The notes below the pieces were generated by a model that did no database searches, was not told the DNA's origin, and worked only from the letters and a program-made list of their open reading frames with translations. Source: Nannocystales bacterium (GTDB lineage: Bacteria > Myxococcota_A > Polyangia > Nannocystales > Nannocystaceae). Taken from it: a stretch of 64,000 nt of DNA. The stretch covers positions 59,487 through 123,486 of the forward strand of contig JBOEGF010000012.1 of NCBI GenBank assembly GCA_050633305.1, written 5' to 3'. Below, piece after piece: positions 1 through 8,944 of the stretch. Each line of letters starts with the position of its first letter. Positions within the stretch are counted from its first letter, which is position 1. The translations under genes and the position numbers were made by a program.

Positions 1-250
1 TGGAAGCGGTCTTCTTGGACGCGGTCTTCTTCTTGGAAGCGGTCTTTTTCTTGGAAGCGGTCTTCTTCTTGGAAGCGGTCTTCTTCTTGGAAGCGGTCTT
101 CTTCTTGGAAGCGGCCTTCTTGGCAGCAGTCTTCGTCTTGGACGCGGGCTTCTTCGCCACAGCCTTCGTCTTGGACGCGGTCTTCTTGGCCGCAGTCTTC
201 TTCTTGGAAGCGGCCTTCTTCTTGGAAGAGGTCTTCTTCTTGGAAGCGGT
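1..250. repeat. Imperfect 18-nt coding tandem repeat (TTGGAAGCGGTCTTCTTC) encoding TASKKK on the minus strand
   Basis: Repeated units directly visible at 1-120 and 200-250. Confidence 0.85.
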
Positions 251-286
251 CGAGCGACGCGAGCGGGCCGGGGACTTGGCGGGCAC
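1..286 (-). CDS. Protein with a histone H1-like Lys/Ala/Ser/Thr-rich N-terminus; runs off the window edge (3' partial)
   Basis: Reverse-strand translation from GTG at 286 gives MPAKSPARSRRSTASKKKTSSKKKAASKKKTAAKKTASKTKAVAKKPASK...(TASKKK)n with no stop before position 1. It is absent from the ORF track because the stop lies outside the window. Confidence 0.75.
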   Translation of the reverse strand, partial: MPAKSPARSRRSTASKKKTSSKKKAASKKKTAAKKTASKTKAVAKKPASKTKTAAKKAASKKKTASKKKTASKKKTASKKKTASKKKTASKKTAS

Positions 287-364
287 GGACTCGTCTTACG
301 CGATCGCTGCCGCCGTATGCAACCGTTGCGGACGTACATGGCCCGCCGAGGTATCGTCCGCGGC

Positions 365-982
365 ATGGCGTCCCGCACCGTGGTTGACTCGGTCGAACGA
401 GTCGAGGGTCCTCCAGACAACGTCGATGACCTCGAAGCTGCGCTGGTCGCACTTCGCGAGCGTCACCCCGATGTGGTCCTGCGTCGCTACCTCGCCCACA
501 TCCCTACGGTGGATGCCTCGGCCTATCTGGCCCCGACCGCTGCCCTGATCGGGGACGTTTCGGTCGGGCCGGGAGCCAGTGTTTGGTACGGCTGTGTTCT
601 GCGGGCCGATGTGAACCGCATCGAACTGGGGCGGGACAGCAACATCCAAGACGGAACGGTGGTTCACCTTGGGGACAACGACCCGACCGTGATCGGCCCC
701 GAGGTCGTGGTGGGGCACCGGGCGGTGGTCCACGGCTGTACGATCGGTGGCGGCACGCTGGTGGGGATTCAAAGCTCGATCCTCGATGGGGCGGTGATCG
801 GCGAGGGGTCGATCATCGGCTCTGGAGCGGTGGTGACGGCTGGGACCACCATTCCACCTCGGAGTCTCGTGTTGGGCATCCCAGGGAAGGTCGTGCGAAC
901 CCTGACGGCAGCGGACGAGCAGTTCCATCGGCAGCTCGCCGGCAAGTACGTGCGCCTCGCCCACAATCATCGGGCGGGCTGA
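365..982 (+). CDS. Gamma carbonic anhydrase family (hexapeptide repeat) protein
   Basis: LIGDVSVG...VLRADVN.I.LG..SNIQDGTVVH and VGHRAVVHGC motifs; the start could be slightly upstream (317 or 338). Confidence 0.9.
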   Translation: MASRTVVDSVERVEGPPDNVDDLEAALVALRERHPDVVLRRYLAHIPTVDASAYLAPTAALIGDVSVGPGASVWYGCVLRADVNRIELGRDSNIQDGTVVHLGDNDPTVIGPEVVVGHRAVVHGCTIGGGTLVGIQSSILDGAVIGEGSIIGSGAVVTAGTTIPPRSLVLGIPGKVVRTLTAADEQFHRQLAGKYVRLAHNHRAG

Positions 983-1013
983 GGCCGACTGCATGGAGCC
1001 CGGCTCCCGAGGC

Positions 1014-1517
1014 TCAACCCTCTGTGTCGCTGCCGGTTGAGCCTGTGGCCGACGTCGAGCCGCTGCTCGATGAGCCCGAGCTGCTCGTACCCGAGCTCGT
1101 GTCGGTGTCGGTGTCACCTCCGCTGCTGCTCCCGCTGGAGGTCGACTCCGTGGCCTCAGGGGCGCAGAACCCGTCCACGGGGTTGCAGCGAAGGCCTTCG
1201 CAGCAGCCGTCGTCGTCGACACATGCGCGTGCGAGGTCGCCCACCGCGACACAGTCAGTGACGCAGGCGGCTTCCTCGATGCTTCCCGAGCCAGGGTCGT
1301 AGGGCGCCACGCAGAATGGAGCCGAGGTCTCGGAGCAATCGTTGCTGCGCAGACAGCTCAGAGGCGCCGAAAACGTGGTCTCCGAACCGCCGTCGCTCGT
1401 CGACGTGGCGCTCCCGGTCGTGCCCCCGTCGTCATCCGCCGCAGGGGGATCGGCGGCGACGCTCCGACACGCACACACCATCCACAGACCGCACCATATC
1501 GGGGCAATTCGACCCAC
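1014..1517 (-). CDS. Small Cys-rich putative lipoprotein with Ser/Thr/Gly linkers
   Basis: Hydrophobic N-terminus ending VCAC; CLRSNDC...CVDDDGCCEGLRC module; start uncertain. Confidence 0.6.
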   Translation of the reverse strand: MGRIAPIWCGLWMVCACRSVAADPPAADDDGGTTGSATSTSDGGSETTFSAPLSCLRSNDCSETSAPFCVAPYDPGSGSIEEAACVTDCVAVGDLARACVDDDGCCEGLRCNPVDGFCAPEATESTSSGSSSGGDTDTDTSSGTSSSGSSSSGSTSATGSTGSDTEG

Positions 1518-1681
1518 CGGTCCCCAGAGTGCCGCGCGGTTGCCTCGCGTGCAAGGCAGGAGGGAGCGCCGATGTCCTGCTACCTTTGGCATTCGTGAGC
1601 AGGACCCACCGACGCTCAGCCGGGAAAGGCACACGGCCCGCGATCCCGTCGAGCTTGCAGCCCGACGATCGAGACCTGCGG

Positions 1682-2557
1682 ATGGCCCGTGGGGAGTTCG
1701 ATCCGGGGGCGCAGGTTGGACACGCGAAGGTCTTCGACATCGTCGAGTCGATCGGCGAGGGGGGCATGGGTCGGGTCTACAAGGCGTTCGACCCGGTCAT
1801 GGACCGATACGTGGCGATGAAGGTCCTCAAGGCCGACGTTCCGGCCAACGAGCGTGAACGATTCCGGCGCGAGGCTGTCATCGCAGCGAACTTCTCGCAC
1901 CCCAACCTTCCGCGCGTGCTGGATCGCGGGACGGTGGAAGCACAGGGGCTGGAGTGGATGACCCTCGAGTTCCTACGGGGGCGAGACCTCGGGGCGGTGA
2001 TCGACCACAACCGCAGAGTGGCCTTGCCGCTGGTGGTCGACATCTTCTCGCAGACGCTTGATGCGCTGGACTACATGCACACCCGGGGGATCGTTCACTG
2101 CGACGTAAAACCCGACAACATCTTCATCACGCGCGACCCCTACGATCGGCGGCTCGTGATCGTGAAGCTGATCGACTTCGGCATCTGTCGTCGCGTGGAC
2201 GAGGAGGCGCCGCCCCGTCTGATGGGCGATCCGCGGTACATGAGTCCGGAGCAGACGTACTTGGGGCGAGGACTCGACGGCCGCGCAGACCTCTACGCAC
2301 TGGGACTGACGTTGTTCGAGACCCTGGTTGGTCTGCATCCGTACCCTGGAGCCGATGACGTCGAGCCGGTCGACCTGCTCCGAATGCAGCGCAGTCAGGT
2401 GGTGCCCAGCCTCCTCGACGTCCTTCCCGAACTTCCCGACGATGTTGCGGCGGCTCTGGATGGCATCATCGTGGCAGCCTGCGCGAAGGACCCCGAGGAA
2501 CGGTTCAGCTCGCCCAAAGCGATGAAGGTCGCACTGGGTCAAGTCTTGGAGCGGTGA
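1682..2557 (+). CDS. Hanks-type Ser/Thr protein kinase (kinase domain only)
   Basis: IGEGGMGRVY, VAMK, HCDVKPDN, DFG, GDPRYMSPEQ and DLYALG motifs. Confidence 0.92.
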   Translation: MARGEFDPGAQVGHAKVFDIVESIGEGGMGRVYKAFDPVMDRYVAMKVLKADVPANERERFRREAVIAANFSHPNLPRVLDRGTVEAQGLEWMTLEFLRGRDLGAVIDHNRRVALPLVVDIFSQTLDALDYMHTRGIVHCDVKPDNIFITRDPYDRRLVIVKLIDFGICRRVDEEAPPRLMGDPRYMSPEQTYLGRGLDGRADLYALGLTLFETLVGLHPYPGADDVEPVDLLRMQRSQVVPSLLDVLPELPDDVAAALDGIIVAACAKDPEERFSSPKAMKVALGQVLER

Positions 2558-2623
2558 TCCGTCCCATGGGGCTTGCAGCCCCATTCCGTGGAATCGCGGC
2601 GGCGGGTGCTCTACCCTTGAGAC

Positions 2624-3547
2624 GTGCCCAGTCTCGCCCGCGTATCGTCTCTGTGCTCCTGCCTCGCGTTTCTGGTCGCGGGTGCGTGCGGCGACGACGG
2701 CGGTGGCGCCGCTGACGGGTCGACAGGAACCGGCACGCCGAGTTCGAGCGGATCGAACCAGGGCTCGACCGGGCCTTCCTCGGCGGGCTCGAGCACCACC
2801 GCGGTGACGACTGTCGCGGATTCCTCCACCACCGACGACTCCAACGGTACCGCCCCGGCGGGGGAGTGTGTTCTGTGGGACGCCGCCGAGTGCGGGGCAG
2901 GGCGCAAGTGCATGCCCTATTCGCTGGAGGATGACAGCGTTCCCGACGAGATCCGGTGCTGCGACGCGGTCGAGAACCCGGCGCTCGACGGAGAGCCGTG
3001 CGAAGGAATCGACTACAACGGTAGCTGTCTGGATAACTGCGAGCCGGGCAGCATGTGCGTGCTCGATGATGAGGACTCGCTCACGGGGTTGTGCCGTAGC
3101 TTCTGCGAACCAGGTGGCAACGACTGCGACCCCGACCAGACCTGCAAGGCTTTCTTCGAGCTGTTGCTGACAGTGCCCAACATTCCCACGTGCATGCAGC
3201 AGTGCGACCCGCTCACCCAGAACTGTCTGCCTTCTGGTTGGCATTGCATCCCGGATACGCCGACCGAGGCTGGGCAGAGTGGTTTTCTGTGCACGCCGCC
3301 GCCCCCGAGCCCGCCGCGCGGGATGTTCGAGCCCTGTGCGCTGGCCAACCAGTGCGAGCCTGGCTTGGTCTGCGTGACCGATGACCGCGTGCCCGGATGC
3401 ACCTTCGCGTCGTGCTGCACGGCATTCTGCGATCTCAACGACGGCGACAGCGTCTGTCAGAAGCTCGATCCGGACTTGGTGTGCACCGATTGGATGTCTC
3501 CCGATCCCGAGTGGCAGGACGTTGGCGCCTGCACGTTGCCGCAGTAG
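2624..3547 (+). CDS. Cys-rich myxobacterial lipoprotein
   Basis: Lipobox AGAC, Thr/Ser/Gly linker, many Cys (CGAGRKCMPY, CDPLTQNC, CCTAFCD). Confidence 0.8.
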   Translation: MPSLARVSSLCSCLAFLVAGACGDDGGGAADGSTGTGTPSSSGSNQGSTGPSSAGSSTTAVTTVADSSTTDDSNGTAPAGECVLWDAAECGAGRKCMPYSLEDDSVPDEIRCCDAVENPALDGEPCEGIDYNGSCLDNCEPGSMCVLDDEDSLTGLCRSFCEPGGNDCDPDQTCKAFFELLLTVPNIPTCMQQCDPLTQNCLPSGWHCIPDTPTEAGQSGFLCTPPPPSPPRGMFEPCALANQCEPGLVCVTDDRVPGCTFASCCTAFCDLNDGDSVCQKLDPDLVCTDWMSPDPEWQDVGACTLPQ

Positions 3548-3565
3548 CGCATCGGCTGTCCCGTG

Positions 3566-5095
3566 TTAGGGCGCCACGATGACCATGCTTGCGTCCCACA
3601 GGACGTGACAGGTCACGACGGCCAACCACGCCCGGGTGCGAATCGCCAGGGCGCTCCATAGCATTCCGGCCAGCAACGCCGCGAGGACGAGAATGGGGGG
3701 GCCGGTGGTGGCGTGGGCGACCGCGAATGCCAGACCGCCCACGAACACGGCCCCGGCAGGGCCGAGCCGCTGGACCAGTCCCAAGGTGATCGCGAAGCGC
3801 CACACCAGGTCCTCGGCGCCTGCGATGACGAGCAACATCAAGACGGTCGCGGGCCGCGACCACGTTGTCGCCCAGCCGTACACCTCGCTGGCATCCGCCA
3901 TCAGTTCCGGTGCGACGAGCTGCAGCCCCGCGGTGACGCCGAGGGCTCCTGCGACCATGACGAGCCCCGCTGCGACGCCGACGCCCAGGTCCCTTGGGCT
4001 CAGGCGCATCCAACTTCGTATCGGAGCTTTGGCGGCGAGAAGGGCCGCGACCAGACCGCCTTCGATCGCCAACATGCGAAGCCATAGGTCTTCGATCAGC
4101 CATGGTCCCAACAGCAGGGCCGCAAGCGCGAGCACGGGGAACCACAGCGGCACCGCCCATTGCTGGGCATCGGTACGGTCCGCTGCGCTGGGAAGCAACC
4201 GCAGGCTGGGGGCGTCGAGCGTCTGTGCGACCTCCCGGATCCGGTCGGTGCTCAGGGCTCTGGGCGTCAACCCGAGATGTTCACGGCTGTGTTCGTGCTC
4301 GCCGTACAGACCATCGACCAACATGCCCAGCTGCGTCGGCGTGATCGGTGGGTTGGGTAGCGTCCGCTGCATCACACCGGCCGCCAATCGCATGAGGCTG
4401 CCGGGCATGCGGGTGACCCAGGTCGGGAGGCCCAGCGCGGCGCCGACGGTTCGGACGAGCTCGGGCAGGTCCACTCGATCGGGCCCGACGACATCGATGG
4501 TGGCCCCGTGGGTTGAAGACGTCGCCAAGGTGCGGACGACCGCGGCCGCGACATCTTCGACATCGACGGTCTGGAGCGGGCCCGTCGGTCCCGCCGGCGC
4601 GACGAAGACCGGCGCGAGGGTCACGAAGCGCACGAGGTTGGAGAGCATGGCGTCGCCGGGCCCGTAGACCAGACCGGGGCGAAGCAGGGTCCAATCGCGG
4701 TCGCTGCTGGTGACCCGAGCCTCCCCCGCGCGCTTGGTGCGATGGTAGGCACCGTCGCTTCCGTCGGGGCGAACGACGGAAATGTGGACGAAGCGTTTCA
4801 CGCCGAGGGTCTCGGAGAGCTGCAGCAAGTGCTCGACCGCCCGAATGTGTGCGGCCTCGAAGGTGTTCGCACCGCGCTCGACCGCGATACCCACCAGGTT
4901 GACGACCGCGTCGACCCCCTCGAATCCGGCTGGGCCGATCGGCGCCGCGCCGACGTCGGCTGAAACGTGGACGACCTCGAGGGGGAGCGTTCCGCGGGTG
5001 CGTGAGACGGCGACGACCTCGTGCCCCGCACGCAGAAGGGCGGCGACGACCTCCGTCCCGATGAAGCCGCTGGCGCCAGCAACGAGGACGTTCAT
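3566..5095 (-). CDS. NAD(P)-binding atypical SDR (NDUFA9/epimerase-like) fused to a CPBP (CAAX protease/Abi) membrane domain
   Basis: N-terminal VLVAGASGFIG, YHRTK, LRPGLVYGPGD; C-terminal TM helices with EDLVWR, FAVAH and HVLWD. Confidence 0.8.
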   Translation of the reverse strand: MNVLVAGASGFIGTEVVAALLRAGHEVVAVSRTRGTLPLEVVHVSADVGAAPIGPAGFEGVDAVVNLVGIAVERGANTFEAAHIRAVEHLLQLSETLGVKRFVHISVVRPDGSDGAYHRTKRAGEARVTSSDRDWTLLRPGLVYGPGDAMLSNLVRFVTLAPVFVAPAGPTGPLQTVDVEDVAAAVVRTLATSSTHGATIDVVGPDRVDLPELVRTVGAALGLPTWVTRMPGSLMRLAAGVMQRTLPNPPITPTQLGMLVDGLYGEHEHSREHLGLTPRALSTDRIREVAQTLDAPSLRLLPSAADRTDAQQWAVPLWFPVLALAALLLGPWLIEDLWLRMLAIEGGLVAALLAAKAPIRSWMRLSPRDLGVGVAAGLVMVAGALGVTAGLQLVAPELMADASEVYGWATTWSRPATVLMLLVIAGAEDLVWRFAITLGLVQRLGPAGAVFVGGLAFAVAHATTGPPILVLAALLAGMLWSALAIRTRAWLAVVTCHVLWDASMVIVAP

Positions 5096-6033
5096 GGCGA
5101 TTCGAGCAGACCCAGGACTTCGCGCGCGCAGCCCCACGACAGCGTTACACCGGCGCCGCCGTGGCCGTAGTTGTGGACGACGACGCGGTTGGATGCGGGG
5201 GCACGTTCGAGCCTGACGTCGTGGCGGCCCGGTCTCAAACCGACCACCACTGCCCGGCGCCGGGCGGCCTCGAGCCTTGGGTCGAGTTCCGCGCAGCGCT
5301 TCACGATGGCATCCGCTTCCCTGGCGCGCGGACGCAGATCGTCATCGTGCTCGACGGCGGTCCCACCGAGGACGATGTGGTCGCCGCGGGGGACCGCGTA
5401 CGCGATGCCTCCGCCGTCGTGTTCGTCGAGCAAGACATGCTCGAGCCCCGGGTTGTCGACGTGCACGAGTTGTCCCCGGATCGGATGCAACGCGGGGTCG
5501 TCGCACAACCCTTGGGCCCCCAGCCCGGTGCAGTTGATGACCGGCTCGTGGCCGGGGAGGTCGGTGAGAGAGCCGACCCGGTGGCGTTCGATGACCCCAC
5601 CTGCGTCGCGAAAGCGCTGCATCAGATACGGCATGTACCGACGGGTGTCGATCACCGGGGCATCGAAGCTCCAGCCATGGTTGAACCCCGGTGGCGCTTC
5701 GTGGGCAGCGATCTCGGTGAGGCCATCGACCGCCGCGGCCCACCAGGGACGGGGCAGGGGGGCCCGCGAAAAGTCGAACGCCCGCCGCATCGAGACACCG
5801 GCCGAGGGCGTCGAACACAGCTGCGCGAACTGCTGGTAGGAGACAACGGCACGGCGCACCGAGGCCTCCGAGGGAAGGGTCCGATACGGGTACCAGAACG
5901 CGGCCGCGATGTTTGACGTGGTGTCGGGCGGAAGCGAGGCCGCGAGCACCTGTACCGCGTGGCCGGTCTCGGCGAGAACGGTCGCGGTCGTGAGCCCGGA
6001 GACGCCTGCGCCCAGCACGATCACGGCGCGCAC
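5092..6033 (-). CDS. FAD-dependent D-amino acid oxidase family protein
   Basis: VLGAGVSGLTTA, TTSNIAAAFW, INCTGLGA, PIRGQ, VGLRPGR, HNYGHGGAGVTLSWG. Confidence 0.9.
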   Translation of the reverse strand: MRAVIVLGAGVSGLTTATVLAETGHAVQVLAASLPPDTTSNIAAAFWYPYRTLPSEASVRRAVVSYQQFAQLCSTPSAGVSMRRAFDFSRAPLPRPWWAAAVDGLTEIAAHEAPPGFNHGWSFDAPVIDTRRYMPYLMQRFRDAGGVIERHRVGSLTDLPGHEPVINCTGLGAQGLCDDPALHPIRGQLVHVDNPGLEHVLLDEHDGGGIAYAVPRGDHIVLGGTAVEHDDDLRPRAREADAIVKRCAELDPRLEAARRRAVVVGLRPGRHDVRLERAPASNRVVVHNYGHGGAGVTLSWGCAREVLGLLESP

Positions 6034-6120
6034 CGTAGCACCGATCTTCGATCATCAGAGGTCGCCGCGATGTGTCCAAAGCAGGTGGGGGGGCACCGGA
6101 CGCCCTCACCGGGCTGAGGT

Positions 6121-7833
6121 ATGCTGGCGCGGCTCGCGATGAGTCTCTTGCCCAAGCGCCCGCTCCACCTCCCGCGACTGCGCACCTACGTGCCCGAGCC
6201 GTCGGACCCGAAGATCTTCTGGTTCAACAGCGAACGGGCCGACATCCTCCAAGACGTCGTTCGGCGGATCATGGAGCGGTACGCGGCCGATGACTCCGTC
6301 GAATTCGTGATCGGCGACGCCGCCTATCACGAGATCCGGCGCCTCGAGAACCGCACGGACGAGGCGGGCCGCAAGGGCCTGGAGTACTGGCGAGGGGTCA
6401 TTCGGCGTGTGGGTCGAATGTCGTCCGAAGGCAAGTTCGAGACGCTTCGTGAAATCTCGATGCGGATGGCCAAAGACGTGGCCGGAAACTTCGACCCGCG
6501 GGTCTACAAGTTCGCCGCTCGGGCGGTTCCTGGCCTGCTCACAGGCGTGATGAACCCGTCGAGGCTGATGCGGAACGTCCTGGATTCGGGGACACGGCTG
6601 GACGAACTCGTCTCTGTGGAAGGGCCGATGGAGAAGCTCCGTTCGCTGCAGCGCAAGGGGACGATGCTCCTGCTGCCCACGCACAGCTCGAACCTGGACT
6701 CTCTCGCCATCGCGTGGGTGCTGTTCCGCGAGGCGCTCGCGCCCGTGGTCTACGGCGCGGGTAAGAACCTCTTCACCAACCCGATCATCTCGTTCTTCAT
6801 GCACAACCTGGGCGCGTACCGGGTCGACCGGCGGGTGCGCGCGCGGCTGTACAAGGACGTGCTCAAGGCCTACTCGAGCATCATGGTCGAGCGGGGGTTC
6901 CACTCCCTGTTCTTCCCCGGTGGCACCCGAACCCGCTCTGGCGCAATCGAGCAAAAGCTCAAGCTCGGCCTCGCCGGGACGGGCGTCGAGGCGTTTGCGC
7001 GCAACCGGGCCCGGGGCGTGAACCGACCGGTGTTCTTCGTGCCTGCGACGATCAACTACGCGCTGGTTCTCGAGGCCGAGACGCTCATCGAGGACCATCT
7101 CAAGGAAGCCGGGCGGGCTCGGTACATCATCGAGGACGACGAGTTCTCTCGCGTGGAACGTTGGGTGGCGTTCTTCAAGCGGCTCCAACACGCGGAAAGC
7201 TCGTGTGTGATTCGCTTTGGCGAGCCCATGGACCCCTTCTGCAACCCCGTGGACGACGAGGGCCGGTCGTTGGCCCCCGATGGTCGGGTTCTCGATCCGG
7301 GGTCGTACGTCTCCCGGCGAGGGACCGCGACCGTCGATGCCGCACGGGATGCCGCGTACACTCGCGACCTCGGTCACGCGATCGCGAAGGCGTACATCAA
7401 GGAGACCGTCGTCATGGCAACGCAACTCGTCGCGCACGTGTTGTTCCGCCGACTGTGTCGGGCCACACCTGGCCTCGACCTGTTCGCACGCCTACGTCAC
7501 CGAGGGGACATCGCGGTGCCGATGGACGAGTTGGTCGCTGATGTCGCCCAGGCGCGTGATGGCCTGCGCAAGCTCGAGCTCGAGGGGCGCGTTCACCTCA
7601 ACGCGCCGATCCGGAAAGCCCCGCCCGAGCAGATCGTCTCGCGAGCGCTCGACGCTTGGTCCGGCTATCACCAAAAACCGATTGCCCGCATTCTCGGCGG
7701 CTCGGTCATCGCCGAGGACCCGAACTTGTTGCTCTTCTACCAAAACCGCATTCGGCACTTCGCTCCCGAGATCGCCGGTCCCGCCGACATGCAGGCTGCG
7801 ATCGAGATCGCCGCGATGAAGGGGGTCCGATGA
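6121..7833 (+). CDS. Glycerol-3-phosphate acyltransferase (PlsB/PlsC superfamily)
   Basis: HX4D motif PTHSSNLD, AGKNL, LGAYRVDR, FFPGGTRTRSG. Confidence 0.85.
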   Translation: MLARLAMSLLPKRPLHLPRLRTYVPEPSDPKIFWFNSERADILQDVVRRIMERYAADDSVEFVIGDAAYHEIRRLENRTDEAGRKGLEYWRGVIRRVGRMSSEGKFETLREISMRMAKDVAGNFDPRVYKFAARAVPGLLTGVMNPSRLMRNVLDSGTRLDELVSVEGPMEKLRSLQRKGTMLLLPTHSSNLDSLAIAWVLFREALAPVVYGAGKNLFTNPIISFFMHNLGAYRVDRRVRARLYKDVLKAYSSIMVERGFHSLFFPGGTRTRSGAIEQKLKLGLAGTGVEAFARNRARGVNRPVFFVPATINYALVLEAETLIEDHLKEAGRARYIIEDDEFSRVERWVAFFKRLQHAESSCVIRFGEPMDPFCNPVDDEGRSLAPDGRVLDPGSYVSRRGTATVDAARDAAYTRDLGHAIAKAYIKETVVMATQLVAHVLFRRLCRATPGLDLFARLRHRGDIAVPMDELVADVAQARDGLRKLELEGRVHLNAPIRKAPPEQIVSRALDAWSGYHQKPIARILGGSVIAEDPNLLLFYQNRIRHFAPEIAGPADMQAAIEIAAMKGVR

Positions 7834-8768
7834 GCCCGCCGGTTGGAATCGTTGGGGGAGGCGCCTTTGGACGTTCGCTCGCCACGGCCGCCGCCCGGGT
7901 GGACCGCTCGGTGATCAACTGGAGCCGAACGCCCCGCGATTCGGAGCACCCGAAGGTCACAGTGTCCTCGGATCTTGCCTCGTTGAGGGCTGCCGAACTC
8001 GTGTTCCTCGCGGTGCCCTCGCCCCATGTTCCCGCTTTGTGCCACGAGCTTGGTCGGCATCTGGATGGCGGCCACCTCGTCGTCCACGTGAGCCGCGGGC
8101 TCGTCGGGGATGAACTCGAAACGCTGACCGAGGTCATCCGCGAAACCACACCTGTCCGGCGTGTGGGGGCGCTTGCGGGCCCGCTCGTGGCCAGGGGCCT
8201 GGCCGAGGGAGAGCCCGGCGGCGGCATCGTGGGCACGCTTTTTCCCGAGATCGCAGAGGCGGTTCGCGATGCGCTCGGCGGTCCGACGCTGCGCATCTAC
8301 GACACGAACGACGTGATCGGGGTTGAGCTTGCGTCCGCGTTCGTCGGCCTGGTCACGCTCGCGATGGGATACGCCAAGGCAGCCGGTTTCGGCCCTGGCA
8401 CGCTTTCGGTGCTGGCGACGCGAGGGATGGCGGAGGCCACCCGGGTCATCGAGGCCCGGGGCGGCTCGGCCCGCACATGCTCTGGCCTCGCTGGGTTTGG
8501 TGACTTGCTCGCGGCGATGGCCGAGGACGGCCGGCCCGAACTGGAGCTGGGCCGCGCACTCGCGGCGGGGGAGTCTCTCGACCAAGCCGCAAGCCGCTTG
8601 GGCGCCTACGTCGAGGGCGTACGCATCGCCGAGCAGATCTTGCACTTCGGATCTCGCAACCAGGTGCAGACGCCCTTGGCTGCGACGATGGCTGGTCTCA
8701 TGGATGGGACCCTCGACAAGACGCAGGCCGCCGCGGCCCTCATGCGCCGACCCAGCCGCGGGGAGTGA
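7830..8768 (+). CDS. GpsA-like NAD(P)H-dependent glycerol-3-phosphate dehydrogenase family protein (degenerate active site)
   Basis: GIVGGGAFG, LAVPS, LAGP, DVIGVE, GLAGFGDL; ATGA overlap with the upstream gene. Confidence 0.8.
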   Translation: MSPPVGIVGGGAFGRSLATAAARVDRSVINWSRTPRDSEHPKVTVSSDLASLRAAELVFLAVPSPHVPALCHELGRHLDGGHLVVHVSRGLVGDELETLTEVIRETTPVRRVGALAGPLVARGLAEGEPGGGIVGTLFPEIAEAVRDALGGPTLRIYDTNDVIGVELASAFVGLVTLAMGYAKAAGFGPGTLSVLATRGMAEATRVIEARGGSARTCSGLAGFGDLLAAMAEDGRPELELGRALAAGESLDQAASRLGAYVEGVRIAEQILHFGSRNQVQTPLAATMAGLMDGTLDKTQAAAALMRRPSRGE

Positions 8769-8944
8769 CCCCGGCGAGGTTCCACGTTCTGTGTCCGGTT
8801 GGATGAACGGTCCGGTGCGCTCGCCGAGGGCGGGTGGGATCCGCCAGCTCGAAGCTCGTCGACTCGGAGCTGAACCGTGGTGGGTACGGGGTCCGGAGAC
8901 GCGAGCCGGTCGCTCGGGCGGTGAGCGCGTGGTATCGAGAGTTG

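Noticed and set aside
15..548. Plus-strand ORF with FFLEAV repeats
   Set aside because: It is the antisense shadow of the minus-strand Lys-rich repeat gene and overlaps the gamma-CA gene out of frame.
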